Shown here: in pieces, positions 18,150 to 26,073 of the stretch
Numbering within the stretch: the stretch's first letter is position 1
Layout: each line of letters begins with the position of its first letter
Origin: an uncultured Erysipelotrichaceae bacterium
GTDB lineage: Bacteria > Bacillota_I > Bacilli_A > RFN20 > CAG-826
DNA length: 62,784 bases
Assembly: GCA_902796125.1 (NCBI GenBank)
Contig: CADBNT010000029.1
Location: forward strand, 1-62,784
Direction of reading: 5' to 3'
Program-made: the position numbers and the translations under genes
The notes under the pieces: model-generated
The model's database searches: none
Told to the model about the DNA's origin: nothing
What the model saw: only the letters and a program-made list of their open reading frames with translations

Positions 18150-19190
18150 CTATTTTCTGGTGAATTGTTCGATGAATCGAACATCGTTTTGATAGAATTT
18201 ACGGATATCATCTACGCCATATCTAAGCATAGCGACTCTTTCAATACCAACGCCAAAGGCGAATCCACTATATTCATTTGGATCATAGCCAGACATCTTT
18301 AAGACATTTGGGTGAACCATACCTGCACCAAGGATTTCAATAAAGCCAGTTCCTTTACAAGTTGGACAGCCTTTTCCATGACATTCCATACAAGAAATAT
18401 CAACTTCAACAGATGGTTCTGTAAATGGGAAATATGATCCTCTAAATCTAACTTCACGCTTTTCTCCAAACATTTTTCTTAAGAAAAGCTCTAAAGTTGC
18501 TTTTAAATTACCAAAGTTGATGCCTTTTCCAACAACTAGACCTTCAACTTGGCCAAATTGATGGGAGTGAGTGACATCATCGTCATCTCTTCTAAAGCAT
18601 TTACCTGGGCAAATAATTTTGATTGGTTGACCACTTTTTTCATCCATCGCATGAGCTTGGGCTGGAGAAGTATGGGTACGAAGTAAGGTAGTTGGAGTAA
18701 TATAAAATGAATCTTGCATTTCACGAGCTGGGTGGTTTGCAGGAATATTCATTCTTTCAAAGTTAAAGTAATCAGTTTCAACATCTGGTCCTTCTTTAAC
18801 TTCATAACCCATAGATACGAAAATATCAGTAATCTCATCTATGATGAGTTGGAATGGGTTAATGCCACCAACCTTAAAGTTATAACCTGGTAAGGTAATA
18901 TCAATTTTTTCTGAGGCTAATTTTTGTTCAATGAGTTTATTATTAAGTTCTTCGTCTTTCTTTGCTAAAGCAGCTTGAATAGCGCTTCTAGCTTCATTCA
19001 TCATTTGACCAAACTTAACTTTTTCTTCGCCAAGAAGTTCACGAATATGTGACATTAAGCCATTGAATTCGGATTTCTTATTAAGTTCAGTCTCTTGAAC
19101 GAGCTTTAAAGCATTCAAATCTTTAGCGTCATTAATCGCCTTAATAATCCTCTCTTTGATTTCGCCTACTTTTTCAAAAACATTTGCCAT
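18150..19190 (-). CDS. pheS: phenylalanine--tRNA ligase alpha subunit
   Basis: 346 aa with class II motifs (..FRRDDDDVTHSHQFGQVEG.., GFAFGVGIERVAMLRYG). Confidence 0.97.
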   Translation of the reverse strand: MANVFEKVGEIKERIIKAINDAKDLNALKLVQETELNKKSEFNGLMSHIRELLGEEKVKFGQMMNEARSAIQAALAKKDEELNNKLIEQKLASEKIDITLPGYNFKVGGINPFQLIIDEITDIFVSMGYEVKEGPDVETDYFNFERMNIPANHPAREMQDSFYITPTTLLRTHTSPAQAHAMDEKSGQPIKIICPGKCFRRDDDDVTHSHQFGQVEGLVVGKGINFGNLKATLELFLRKMFGEKREVRFRGSYFPFTEPSVEVDISCMECHGKGCPTCKGTGFIEILGAGMVHPNVLKMSGYDPNEYSGFAFGVGIERVAMLRYGVDDIRKFYQNDVRFIEQFTRK

Positions 19191-19430
19191 AGGATTTCCT
19201 CCCTTTAAAAATAAAATGACACGACTAGGAACGAATCTCTCCGTGGTGCCATCCTTTTTCTATTCTATTATTAGAATCTTGCTCTACATCTTAACGCGAA
19301 GACACGGCCCAAAGGGCATGCTAAGAGGTGAATTCACTCGCTAGATCAACTTGTGGGTTCCACTATTCCACATTCCCTATTTGAAATAGTTGCTCGAGTT
19401 ACTACTTCTCTATGATTGCGATTAGTATTA
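19191..19430 (-). promoter_or_regulatory. T-box leader (Phe) upstream of pheS
   Basis: Minus strand has AAGGATGGCACCACGG (core ~19241-19256). Terminator arms are GGCACCAC / GTCGTGTC plus ATTTTATTTTT. Candidate specifier is GAA-TTC-A at ~19330-19332. Confidence 0.7.
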
Positions 19431-19445
19431 TAGCGCACTCGCTTA

Positions 19446-19477
19446 AAAAGAAAAAGTCCTCACTTTTGGTAAGGACT
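19446..19477 (-). terminator. intrinsic (bidirectional-looking) terminator after the 651-aa lipoprotein gene
   Basis: AGTCCT..AGGACT stem (19455-19477) flanked by A/T runs on both sides. Confidence 0.65.
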
Positions 19478-19495
19478 TTCTTATTTTTTACTAAA

Positions 19496-21451
19496 TTAAC
19501 CAACTGTAACTGAGAAGGTATTAAGGAGAAGCTGACCTGCATCACCTAAAGTGAATGTGACTGAGTTAGCTGAGCCAGTCCAACTTCCAACACCTGTTGT
19601 AGATGGATGAGTATAACTTCCAACATTAGCTGAGCAAGTTGCAAAGGCTTTACTACCTTGTACTTGCCAGTTAAAGCTAATAGCTGTAATGGTTCCAGTT
19701 GAAGTAATTGTAACTGTATTTTTAGCGTAGAGTCTTAAACCATTGCTATACCAAGCTGGAGCAGATGCACCTTCGCCTTTGGCGAATGCAACTGTAACAC
19801 CATCTTTGGTGACTGAATCAACACTACTAAGTGTAAATTCAATGGTAACTTGATTAGAAACGGTGATTTCAAGGGTATCGCTGACTTCGTCAGTATCGAC
19901 TTCACCATCGCTATCGGCGTCTTCAAATACGGTGATTGTTGATGAACCAAGAGCAGCTGGAGTAACTAAACCTGTTGCTGAGATTGTCGCAACATCAGTT
20001 TCACTTGACAAGAATTTAACTTTTGATTTATCAACATCAAATGATTCATATGTGATTTGAAGAGTACCAGATAATCCCATAACTGAAGATTCATTGGTGA
20101 TCTTGATATGCTTTGTTTCATCAGCATCTTTATCAGCCCAAAGTTCAATAGAAAGAGAACCATTGGTTTCAGAATATGTTTCTGTTTCTTCATCATAATC
20201 TTGGACGAAAACGACATTCATAACGTTCTTACCAAGTTGAGCTTTGAAGGATGGATAGTTTTCATCATCACCTTCGCTAATAGTCACTTTTGCACCAGCT
20301 TCTTCCCAATCGATTGCATATGCAAGGAATTCATCGCTTGTAGCTTTGCTAACACCAATTTGAGCAAATGGCTTAGTCTCGGTTGATTCTTCAGATTCGA
20401 CACCTTCAAGATAATCAAATGTGTATTTAACATCTGTAGATGTAGATGTAGCGTATGCTGGGACTGCCTTTGTTGATTGAATAAAGGTTGAAGCCCATTC
20501 AGTGATTAAATCACTTGGCCATGCATCGAATTCAACTAGAGTTTTATAAGCATCAATCTCATTTCCATATGAACCCCAGAAATATTCAATCTCCATATCA
20601 AAATAGATAAAACGCTTGCTATATGAATCAACGCCTTCAACGGTATGTTTGGCAAATCCATTAGTTTCAAGAATGGTTTCATAGCCATCAAGGAAGGAAT
20701 CATTAAGTGCGCTATCATAGATAGAAATATAATCTGGATAATCTAAACCGAACATGCGGTATAAAGACATATCCACAAATTCAATAGCGTATGCTTGGCC
20801 TAATTGGGTAAATGGAATTGCTCTAGCAAAGCTAATCCATGGAGTATTTCCAATTTCAGCAAGTTTATCTTCATTCCAAACAAGATCGGTCGTTCTATTA
20901 CCAGAAACATCCCACAAATCACCAACTTTATAGAAGGTTAAATATGTTGGAGCGGCTGGATTATATTCTTCATCGTAGTCTTCAGAAACATCGACTTCAT
21001 AAGAAAGAGTTGGATCGATAAGTCCAAATCCTTCGCTTGTTTGGAAAACCTTTGTCCAATTTTCACCTTGTCTAGCACTGACATAATCATTCATTTGAGT
21101 GCCATCGACAACGACGTTAAAGTATGCGACCGATTGATCGCTAGCTTCAGCTTGAGCATAATAGCAGCCACCTTCTAATGAGCTAGGTGCTTTTACTTCG
21201 TAAGAGCCACTACCAATAAACGCTTTAATTAGTTCAATTGGAAATGTAGCAGAATATGTATAGCCTTCATCAAGCCAGGTTGGATCAAATCCTTCACGAG
21301 CTGGATCTTGAGATGTAGGTTGACCTGAAGTAGGATCACCACTACCAGATGGAGTATCAGAGCCAGATCCACTTCCGCGGCCTCTCCTACAACCAGTAAG
21401 GGCAAGTGTACCGGCAAGTAAGGCAACGACTAAAAGACGAGATTTATTCAT
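19496..21451 (-). CDS. large surface lipoprotein with Big_2-like Ig domain
   Basis: 651 aa. Signal peptide plus lipobox LALTGC, G/S/P/T-rich linker, and a Big_2-like segment (VKFLSSETDVATISATGLVTPAALGSSTITV). The remainder has no recognisable family. Confidence 0.7.
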   Translation of the reverse strand: MNKSRLLVVALLAGTLALTGCRRGRGSGSGSDTPSGSGDPTSGQPTSQDPAREGFDPTWLDEGYTYSATFPIELIKAFIGSGSYEVKAPSSLEGGCYYAQAEASDQSVAYFNVVVDGTQMNDYVSARQGENWTKVFQTSEGFGLIDPTLSYEVDVSEDYDEEYNPAAPTYLTFYKVGDLWDVSGNRTTDLVWNEDKLAEIGNTPWISFARAIPFTQLGQAYAIEFVDMSLYRMFGLDYPDYISIYDSALNDSFLDGYETILETNGFAKHTVEGVDSYSKRFIYFDMEIEYFWGSYGNEIDAYKTLVEFDAWPSDLITEWASTFIQSTKAVPAYATSTSTDVKYTFDYLEGVESEESTETKPFAQIGVSKATSDEFLAYAIDWEEAGAKVTISEGDDENYPSFKAQLGKNVMNVVFVQDYDEETETYSETNGSLSIELWADKDADETKHIKITNESSVMGLSGTLQITYESFDVDKSKVKFLSSETDVATISATGLVTPAALGSSTITVFEDADSDGEVDTDEVSDTLEITVSNQVTIEFTLSSVDSVTKDGVTVAFAKGEGASAPAWYSNGLRLYAKNTVTITSTGTITAISFNWQVQGSKAFATCSANVGSYTHPSTTGVGSWTGSANSVTFTLGDAGQLLLNTFSVTVG

Positions 21452-21551
21452 AACTATTTGCCTCTTTTCTTTCGCTTTAGTTTATATGACATTTATATGT
21501 GTGTAAAGAAAAAATAGTTCTTAGTGAACCATTTTTCTTAATTAAGCATAA

Positions 21552-22280
21552 TTATCTAGATAACTTATACATGGCAATGCCACCAGCAACACCAACATTA
21601 AGTGATTCGATATTTTTGATATCGATTCTTACTCTTTTATCAGCAAGTTTTAACACTGCATCTGAAACTCCACGAGCCTCATTTCCTAACACGAGTACAT
21701 GTTTAGTTTTTGCTTTAACAGAATCAAGGCTAACTGAACCTTTAATTTCAGTCGCTAAAATCTCATAGCCATTGGACTTAAGTTCATTGAGTTTTGTATA
21801 GCCCTCAACGATACTTAAATCAAATATTGCACCTTGTGAACTTTGAATGGCTTTTTCGTTATAAATTGAACAGGAGTTTTTCGATAATAAAACAGTGTTG
21901 TAGCCAAAGGCTAAAGCTGTTCTAAAAAGCGTACCTAAATTACCTGGATCAGAGATATCATCAAGGTATAAAATGCGGTCTGAAAAGTTATCACTATTCT
22001 TTAAAAGTTCACATACTGCAACGACGCCTTGAGGAGTCTTTTCTTCAGATATTTTTTGAAGGATGTCTTCACTAATAATGTATTGAGGAATATTAGCAGG
22101 AATTGAGTTATTTTCTTTGGTGAGAAAAACGCGTTTAACATTACCTTTTAAAAGCGCCATTTCAAGTAGATGAAAACCTTCGATAATAAATTCGTTAGCG
22201 TTTTTTCTTCCACCTACCTTACGAAGAAGTAATAGCTCTTTAATTTTCGGATTTTGTTTTGATTCAATCTTATAAATCAT
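21552..22280 (-). CDS. TrmH/SpoU family RNA 2'-O-methyltransferase
   Basis: 242 aa with SpoU motifs (LDDISDPGNLGT, LVLGNEARG, SLNVGVAGGI). Occupies the same position as ysgA upstream of pheS in Bacillus. Confidence 0.85.
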   Translation of the reverse strand: MIYKIESKQNPKIKELLLLRKVGGRKNANEFIIEGFHLLEMALLKGNVKRVFLTKENNSIPANIPQYIISEDILQKISEEKTPQGVVAVCELLKNSDNFSDRILYLDDISDPGNLGTLFRTALAFGYNTVLLSKNSCSIYNEKAIQSSQGAIFDLSIVEGYTKLNELKSNGYEILATEIKGSVSLDSVKAKTKHVLVLGNEARGVSDAVLKLADKRVRIDIKNIESLNVGVAGGIAMYKLSR

Positions 22281-22897
22281 TTATAAATCCTCCTTCTTAG
22301 TTTCTTCTTTAAGTCCCAATAATCAGGACACTCCTTATATATAACATCATAAAATTTCTTAGAATGATCTCTATAAAACTCATGAGCGAGCTCATGCACC
22401 ACTACTGAATCAATGATCTTTGGTGAAAAGTGCACTAAATCTAGTTGAAATGATAATGAATGAGTTTTAAGCGAATTAGAGCCATATCTTGTTTTCATAT
22501 TTCTAACTGAAATCTTATATGGCTTTTTAATATTCATTCTATTTTCATAATCTCTAACGGATGTTTCTAGATATATCTTCAGTTGATTCTTCAAAAAAGA
22601 ATGGACATTAGATTCATTGACTTCTTCTGGTATTTCAATCTTGTCACCGAATAAATACATCCAGTTTTCAATAAATGAATATGCAAGTTCATTTCTTCTT
22701 GCATCTTCTTTTAGAAGTTTCTTCGCGAATTTATCTAAACCAGCAATAATAGCCTTATTGGTAGTTAAACGATTCGTAGAAATATAAAACTCACCTTGTC
22801 TAAAGCGAAAATAGGTTGAACGTTGAAATGAGGTGCATTTAACGTTTACAACATAATCTTTTCCATCAAGTTTATAAATAAAAGATCGATCAGACAT
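22277..22897 (-). CDS. YgjP-like metal-dependent hydrolase (DUF45 / M48-like)
   Basis: 206 aa with VVHELAHEFYRDHSKKFY, the typical DUF45 HExxH..H motif. Confidence 0.8.
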   Translation of the reverse strand: MSDRSFIYKLDGKDYVVNVKCTSFQRSTYFRFRQGEFYISTNRLTTNKAIIAGLDKFAKKLLKEDARRNELAYSFIENWMYLFGDKIEIPEEVNESNVHSFLKNQLKIYLETSVRDYENRMNIKKPYKISVRNMKTRYGSNSLKTHSLSFQLDLVHFSPKIIDSVVVHELAHEFYRDHSKKFYDVIYKECPDYWDLKKKLRRRIYK

Positions 22898-22942
22898 AAC
22901 CTTATTAAATATACCTTATTTTATTGAGAAATATTAGATATT

Positions 22943-22951
22943 TGATAGAAT
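22943..22951 (+). promoter_or_regulatory. extended -10 (TGaTAGAAT) 6 nt before the ATG; possible leaderless start
   Basis: TTGATAGAAT-ctaatt-ATG with no SD. Confidence 0.4.
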
Positions 22952-22957
22952 CTAATT

Positions 22958-23389
22958 ATGCAAAAGATACTCATCAGTGCCTGTTTAGTAGGTGAAAAAG
23001 TTAATTATAAAGGACAAGGTAATTACTGTCCTAACGTGGAAAAGTTAAAAGAAAAATACGATTTAGTGCTTTTCTGTCCTGAATTTGAAGGTGGACTACC
23101 AATTCCAAGAAAGCCAAGTGAAATAAGAGGCTCTCAAGTTATTAGAGAAGATGGTAAAAATGTCACTAGAGAATTTGAAAAAGGAGCTAGTAAAGCCCTT
23201 GGGCTTTGTAAGTATCTTGGCATCACTAAAGCCGTCTTAAAAGAAAACTCCCCATCTTGTGGAACTCATCTTATCCATAATGGTTATTTTGATGGAAGAA
23301 AGATAAAAGGTATGGGAGTCACTGCTAGAATCTTAAAAGATATTGGCATTGAAGTTTATAGCGAAGACGAAATCGATAAATTACTCTAA
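22958..23389 (+). CDS. DUF523 protein (TudS-like thiouracil desulfidase family)
   Basis: 143 aa. ILISACLVG.., ..FCPE.., ..SPSCG give the three-Cys pattern of DUF523/YbbK proteins. Confidence 0.7.
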   Translation: MQKILISACLVGEKVNYKGQGNYCPNVEKLKEKYDLVLFCPEFEGGLPIPRKPSEIRGSQVIREDGKNVTREFEKGASKALGLCKYLGITKAVLKENSPSCGTHLIHNGYFDGRKIKGMGVTARILKDIGIEVYSEDEIDKLL

Positions 23390-23391
23390 TT

Positions 23392-23853
23392 ATGAATAAA
23401 GAAGTATTAACTAAAGTTGAAGGTAGAAGAAGCTATTTCTTACCAATCTTTCTAGGAGTAGGCACGGAAGTCCTTCTTAGCTTTGCCTCAGTCATGCTTG
23501 TGGTATGTGGAAGAGACTTAGGAGAGACAGGGATAACTGCAATTGCCTTAATTATTGCTGTCTTAGCCACTGCCGCTATTCCAATCATGATTTATGAAAT
23601 CATTAGAACACGTAGACTCAACAATGCGAGTGGAAGAGAAGTCGTGTTCAATGAAAGCAAAGACGCTATTGAATTTAAAGATATCGCTAATCACACATAT
23701 GAAATAAAGATTAAAGATATCGTTACCTTCAAAGGTGGTTCAGTATTAAAGATTAGCTATCACGTCTATAGCGCGAAGACCACTGCCACTATCGGATATA
23801 CTTCGAAAGATGAAGTAGAAAGAATAAACAAAGTAATCAAAGATCTTCAATAA
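23392..23853 (+). CDS. membrane protein: two TM helices plus a small C-terminal (bPH/DUF304-like?) domain
   Basis: 153 aa. Two hydrophobic helices (residues ~15-75), then a soluble beta-rich tail. Family assignment is tentative. Confidence 0.5.
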   Translation: MNKEVLTKVEGRRSYFLPIFLGVGTEVLLSFASVMLVVCGRDLGETGITAIALIIAVLATAAIPIMIYEIIRTRRLNNASGREVVFNESKDAIEFKDIANHTYEIKIKDIVTFKGGSVLKISYHVYSAKTTATIGYTSKDEVERINKVIKDLQ

Positions 23854-23860
23854 TAAACAA

Positions 23861-23891
23861 AAAGAAAGACCGACTTATGTCGGTCTTTTTA
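23861..23891. terminator. bidirectional intrinsic terminator between convergent genes
   Basis: AAAGAAAGACCGAC-ttat-GTCGGTCTTTTT. Confidence 0.8.
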
Positions 23892-23903
23892 GTAATCTTT
23901 TAA

Positions 23904-25442
23904 TTACCAGATGGTTGGATCGTATCCGACATAATGCCAGAATCCATCAATATTTGTTGGAGTAACACCAGCAGGTTCAGATTCAGAGAATAAATAGAAC
24001 TTAACAGTATTGGAAGTCAATGTCTTAGACGTTGCCCATTCAGCGTCCCAGTTTCCTTGAATAGAATCCGCTTCGAGGAATACTCTAGCATTTTCGCCTA
24101 ATTGACCAAGAGCGCGTGCTTCCAAAATTGTGTCTGAATGAAGAACAAGATCGTGTTTATAACCACGGAATGGGTTCCAAAAAAGAGTTGTTGTTCCAGA
24201 ACCATTAAAGGCGATGGTTGTAATAGGGCTATTATCATTGACATTGCCAAAGCAATAAGCGTCCAAATACAAATCAGAGTCGTTGTTAAAAATTAAAGTA
24301 TTAATATACTTAGTATTTTGACATGCATACGAATTAATTTTAGTAACATATGATGGAACGTTAAATGTTGTATAAGGAGAACTAATTGGATAATACATCA
24401 AGTTCACATCAGAATTTTTATATTCATATAAAACACCATCTGCAACTCTATATTTTCCTGTATCGTCATCGTTTTCAATAGCGAATTCAACTAGATTTTC
24501 AACATCCATAAATGCATATGGAGACTCAATATATTCTGTTCTTGTTGGAACAGTGAAGGATGTCAAACCAGAGTCTCTAAATGCACCATCATAAATATAT
24601 AAATCTTCCGTACCACCGCTAGCAAATGTTACTGAAGCAAGTGAAATACATTCACGGAACGCATCCTGGCTTATTTGTTCAATTGTTTTTGGCAAAGAAA
24701 TTGAGGCAATTGTTGTGTCTCGATAAAATGCATACGCAAGAATATCAGTGACTGGATCACCATCAATTGTTTCTTCGATTACTACATTTGCACTAGATGC
24801 ACCATCAAAGCCCATAACAGACCATTCGCTTCCAGCTCTATGATACTTGATACCATTGACAACGCGGTATGGATTTGCGTGTTCCACGCAAGAACTACTA
24901 TAAGTGATTACTATTTGGTAAAGCAAAGTATCTGCCAATTGACCACTTTCAATCTTAAAATAATTCGGTTCATCCCCATTGAGTGTAAAACTATATCCTG
25001 CAGGAGTCGCGCTTGCCCATTCGTCTCCAACATAATAGATGTTACTGCCATCTCTAAACCCCCAGCGGACAGTAACGCTATCATTCGCGCCTTTAACGAG
25101 AATTGATTCAATACTACGAACTTCGTTACCAATGTCGTTAGAGATATATCCATATCCGTTACCTTGAAGGTAAAGACCATCACCTTCGCCATTATGATTG
25201 GCGTTTATATAAACGAATGAAATATCGTTATGTAGTTGATCGGTTTTTAAATCAGCAAATCCTGATTGCCACTCATCTTGATGAGTAGCCACAATGTCTT
25301 CAGGTTCGATGGTAATAGAATAGTTATCATCAGCTTTTAAGCCTTGAGATAATAAACTACCATTAGTTGTTAAAGCTACAGCAGCGACTGTTCCTACGGC
25401 AAGTATGGAAGTCATGCCAAGCAATAAGACTTTTTTGTTCAT
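23904..25442 (-). CDS. secreted/surface leucine-rich-repeat protein (BspA-type LRR_5)
   Basis: 512 aa. N-terminal signal or anchor (no lipobox Cys). Repeats resemble ILAYAFYRDTTIASISLPKTIEQISQDAFRECISLASVTF. Confidence 0.7.
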   Translation of the reverse strand: MNKKVLLLGMTSILAVGTVAAVALTTNGSLLSQGLKADDNYSITIEPEDIVATHQDEWQSGFADLKTDQLHNDISFVYINANHNGEGDGLYLQGNGYGYISNDIGNEVRSIESILVKGANDSVTVRWGFRDGSNIYYVGDEWASATPAGYSFTLNGDEPNYFKIESGQLADTLLYQIVITYSSSCVEHANPYRVVNGIKYHRAGSEWSVMGFDGASSANVVIEETIDGDPVTDILAYAFYRDTTIASISLPKTIEQISQDAFRECISLASVTFASGGTEDLYIYDGAFRDSGLTSFTVPTRTEYIESPYAFMDVENLVEFAIENDDDTGKYRVADGVLYEYKNSDVNLMYYPISSPYTTFNVPSYVTKINSYACQNTKYINTLIFNNDSDLYLDAYCFGNVNDNSPITTIAFNGSGTTTLFWNPFRGYKHDLVLHSDTILEARALGQLGENARVFLEADSIQGNWDAEWATSKTLTSNTVKFYLFSESEPAGVTPTNIDGFWHYVGYDPTIW

Positions 25443-25521
25443 AATTTTCTCCTTTTTAATGTAGACATAGCAAAAAAGCTTTTACACTTAGTAGAGCTAT
25501 ATCAAATGTCTCATTAAATTA

Positions 25522-25550
25522 ATTCTATAAATTTATATTTATTTATTCAA
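25522..25550 (-). promoter_or_regulatory. sigma-A type promoter of the LRR protein gene
   Basis: Minus strand has TTGAAT (25545-25550), a 17-nt spacer, then TAGAAT (25522-25527). AAAGGAG SD lies before the ATG. Confidence 0.55.
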
Positions 25551-25573
25551 GAAAAAGCCCTCGAAGTGAGGGC
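25551..25573 (-). terminator. intrinsic terminator after the dUTPase-like gene
   Basis: Minus strand reads GCCCTC-acttc-GAGGGC followed by TTTTTCTT. Confidence 0.75.
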
Positions 25574-25578
25574 ATATT

Positions 25579-26070
25579 TTAATAATTTGTTTCTTGGCGC
25601 TTATAATTTACAGATAATTTAGCCTTGTATGAGTTAATGATATCTTCACTCGACATCCCTAGATCAGGAGTCAAATTTAGATACTTTTGGAAGCAATCTT
25701 CATAATGCTTTAAGTCATAATTATCTAGTAACGCTATCGCGGCTTTATAAACATCATGAATTTGAAGTGTTAGTTCTTTATCTTGCTTTTCAATCTCATA
25801 TTCAAACTTACTAGCGTTTAATGGAATACCTAATGAAAGCAAGAAATGAAGACCATCCGCGAATTCATCCATCACTATTTCTTTTGGAGATGGACCTTTA
25901 TTTGACCAATATTTAAAACAACGTGTCTCATTAGCAAGTTCACCAATCTCAACAATTAAGGCTAAAAGACGCTTCTCGTGAGTAGACTTATAAGAAACGT
26001 TATGCTTTTCCGCAATCTCTTTATCAAGACCTGATTGTAAACAATATAATTCTTTAAGATTAACTTTCAT
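25579..26070 (-). CDS. dimeric (all-alpha, dUTPase_2 family) dUTP diphosphatase
   Basis: 163 aa. ..LLALIVEIGELANE..FKYW.. and DEFADGLHFLLSLG resemble YncF/YosS-type dUTPases. Confidence 0.7.
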   Translation of the reverse strand: MKVNLKELYCLQSGLDKEIAEKHNVSYKSTHEKRLLALIVEIGELANETRCFKYWSNKGPSPKEIVMDEFADGLHFLLSLGIPLNASKFEYEIEKQDKELTLQIHDVYKAAIALLDNYDLKHYEDCFQKYLNLTPDLGMSSEDIINSYKAKLSVNYKRQETNY

Positions 26071-26073
26071 CTA

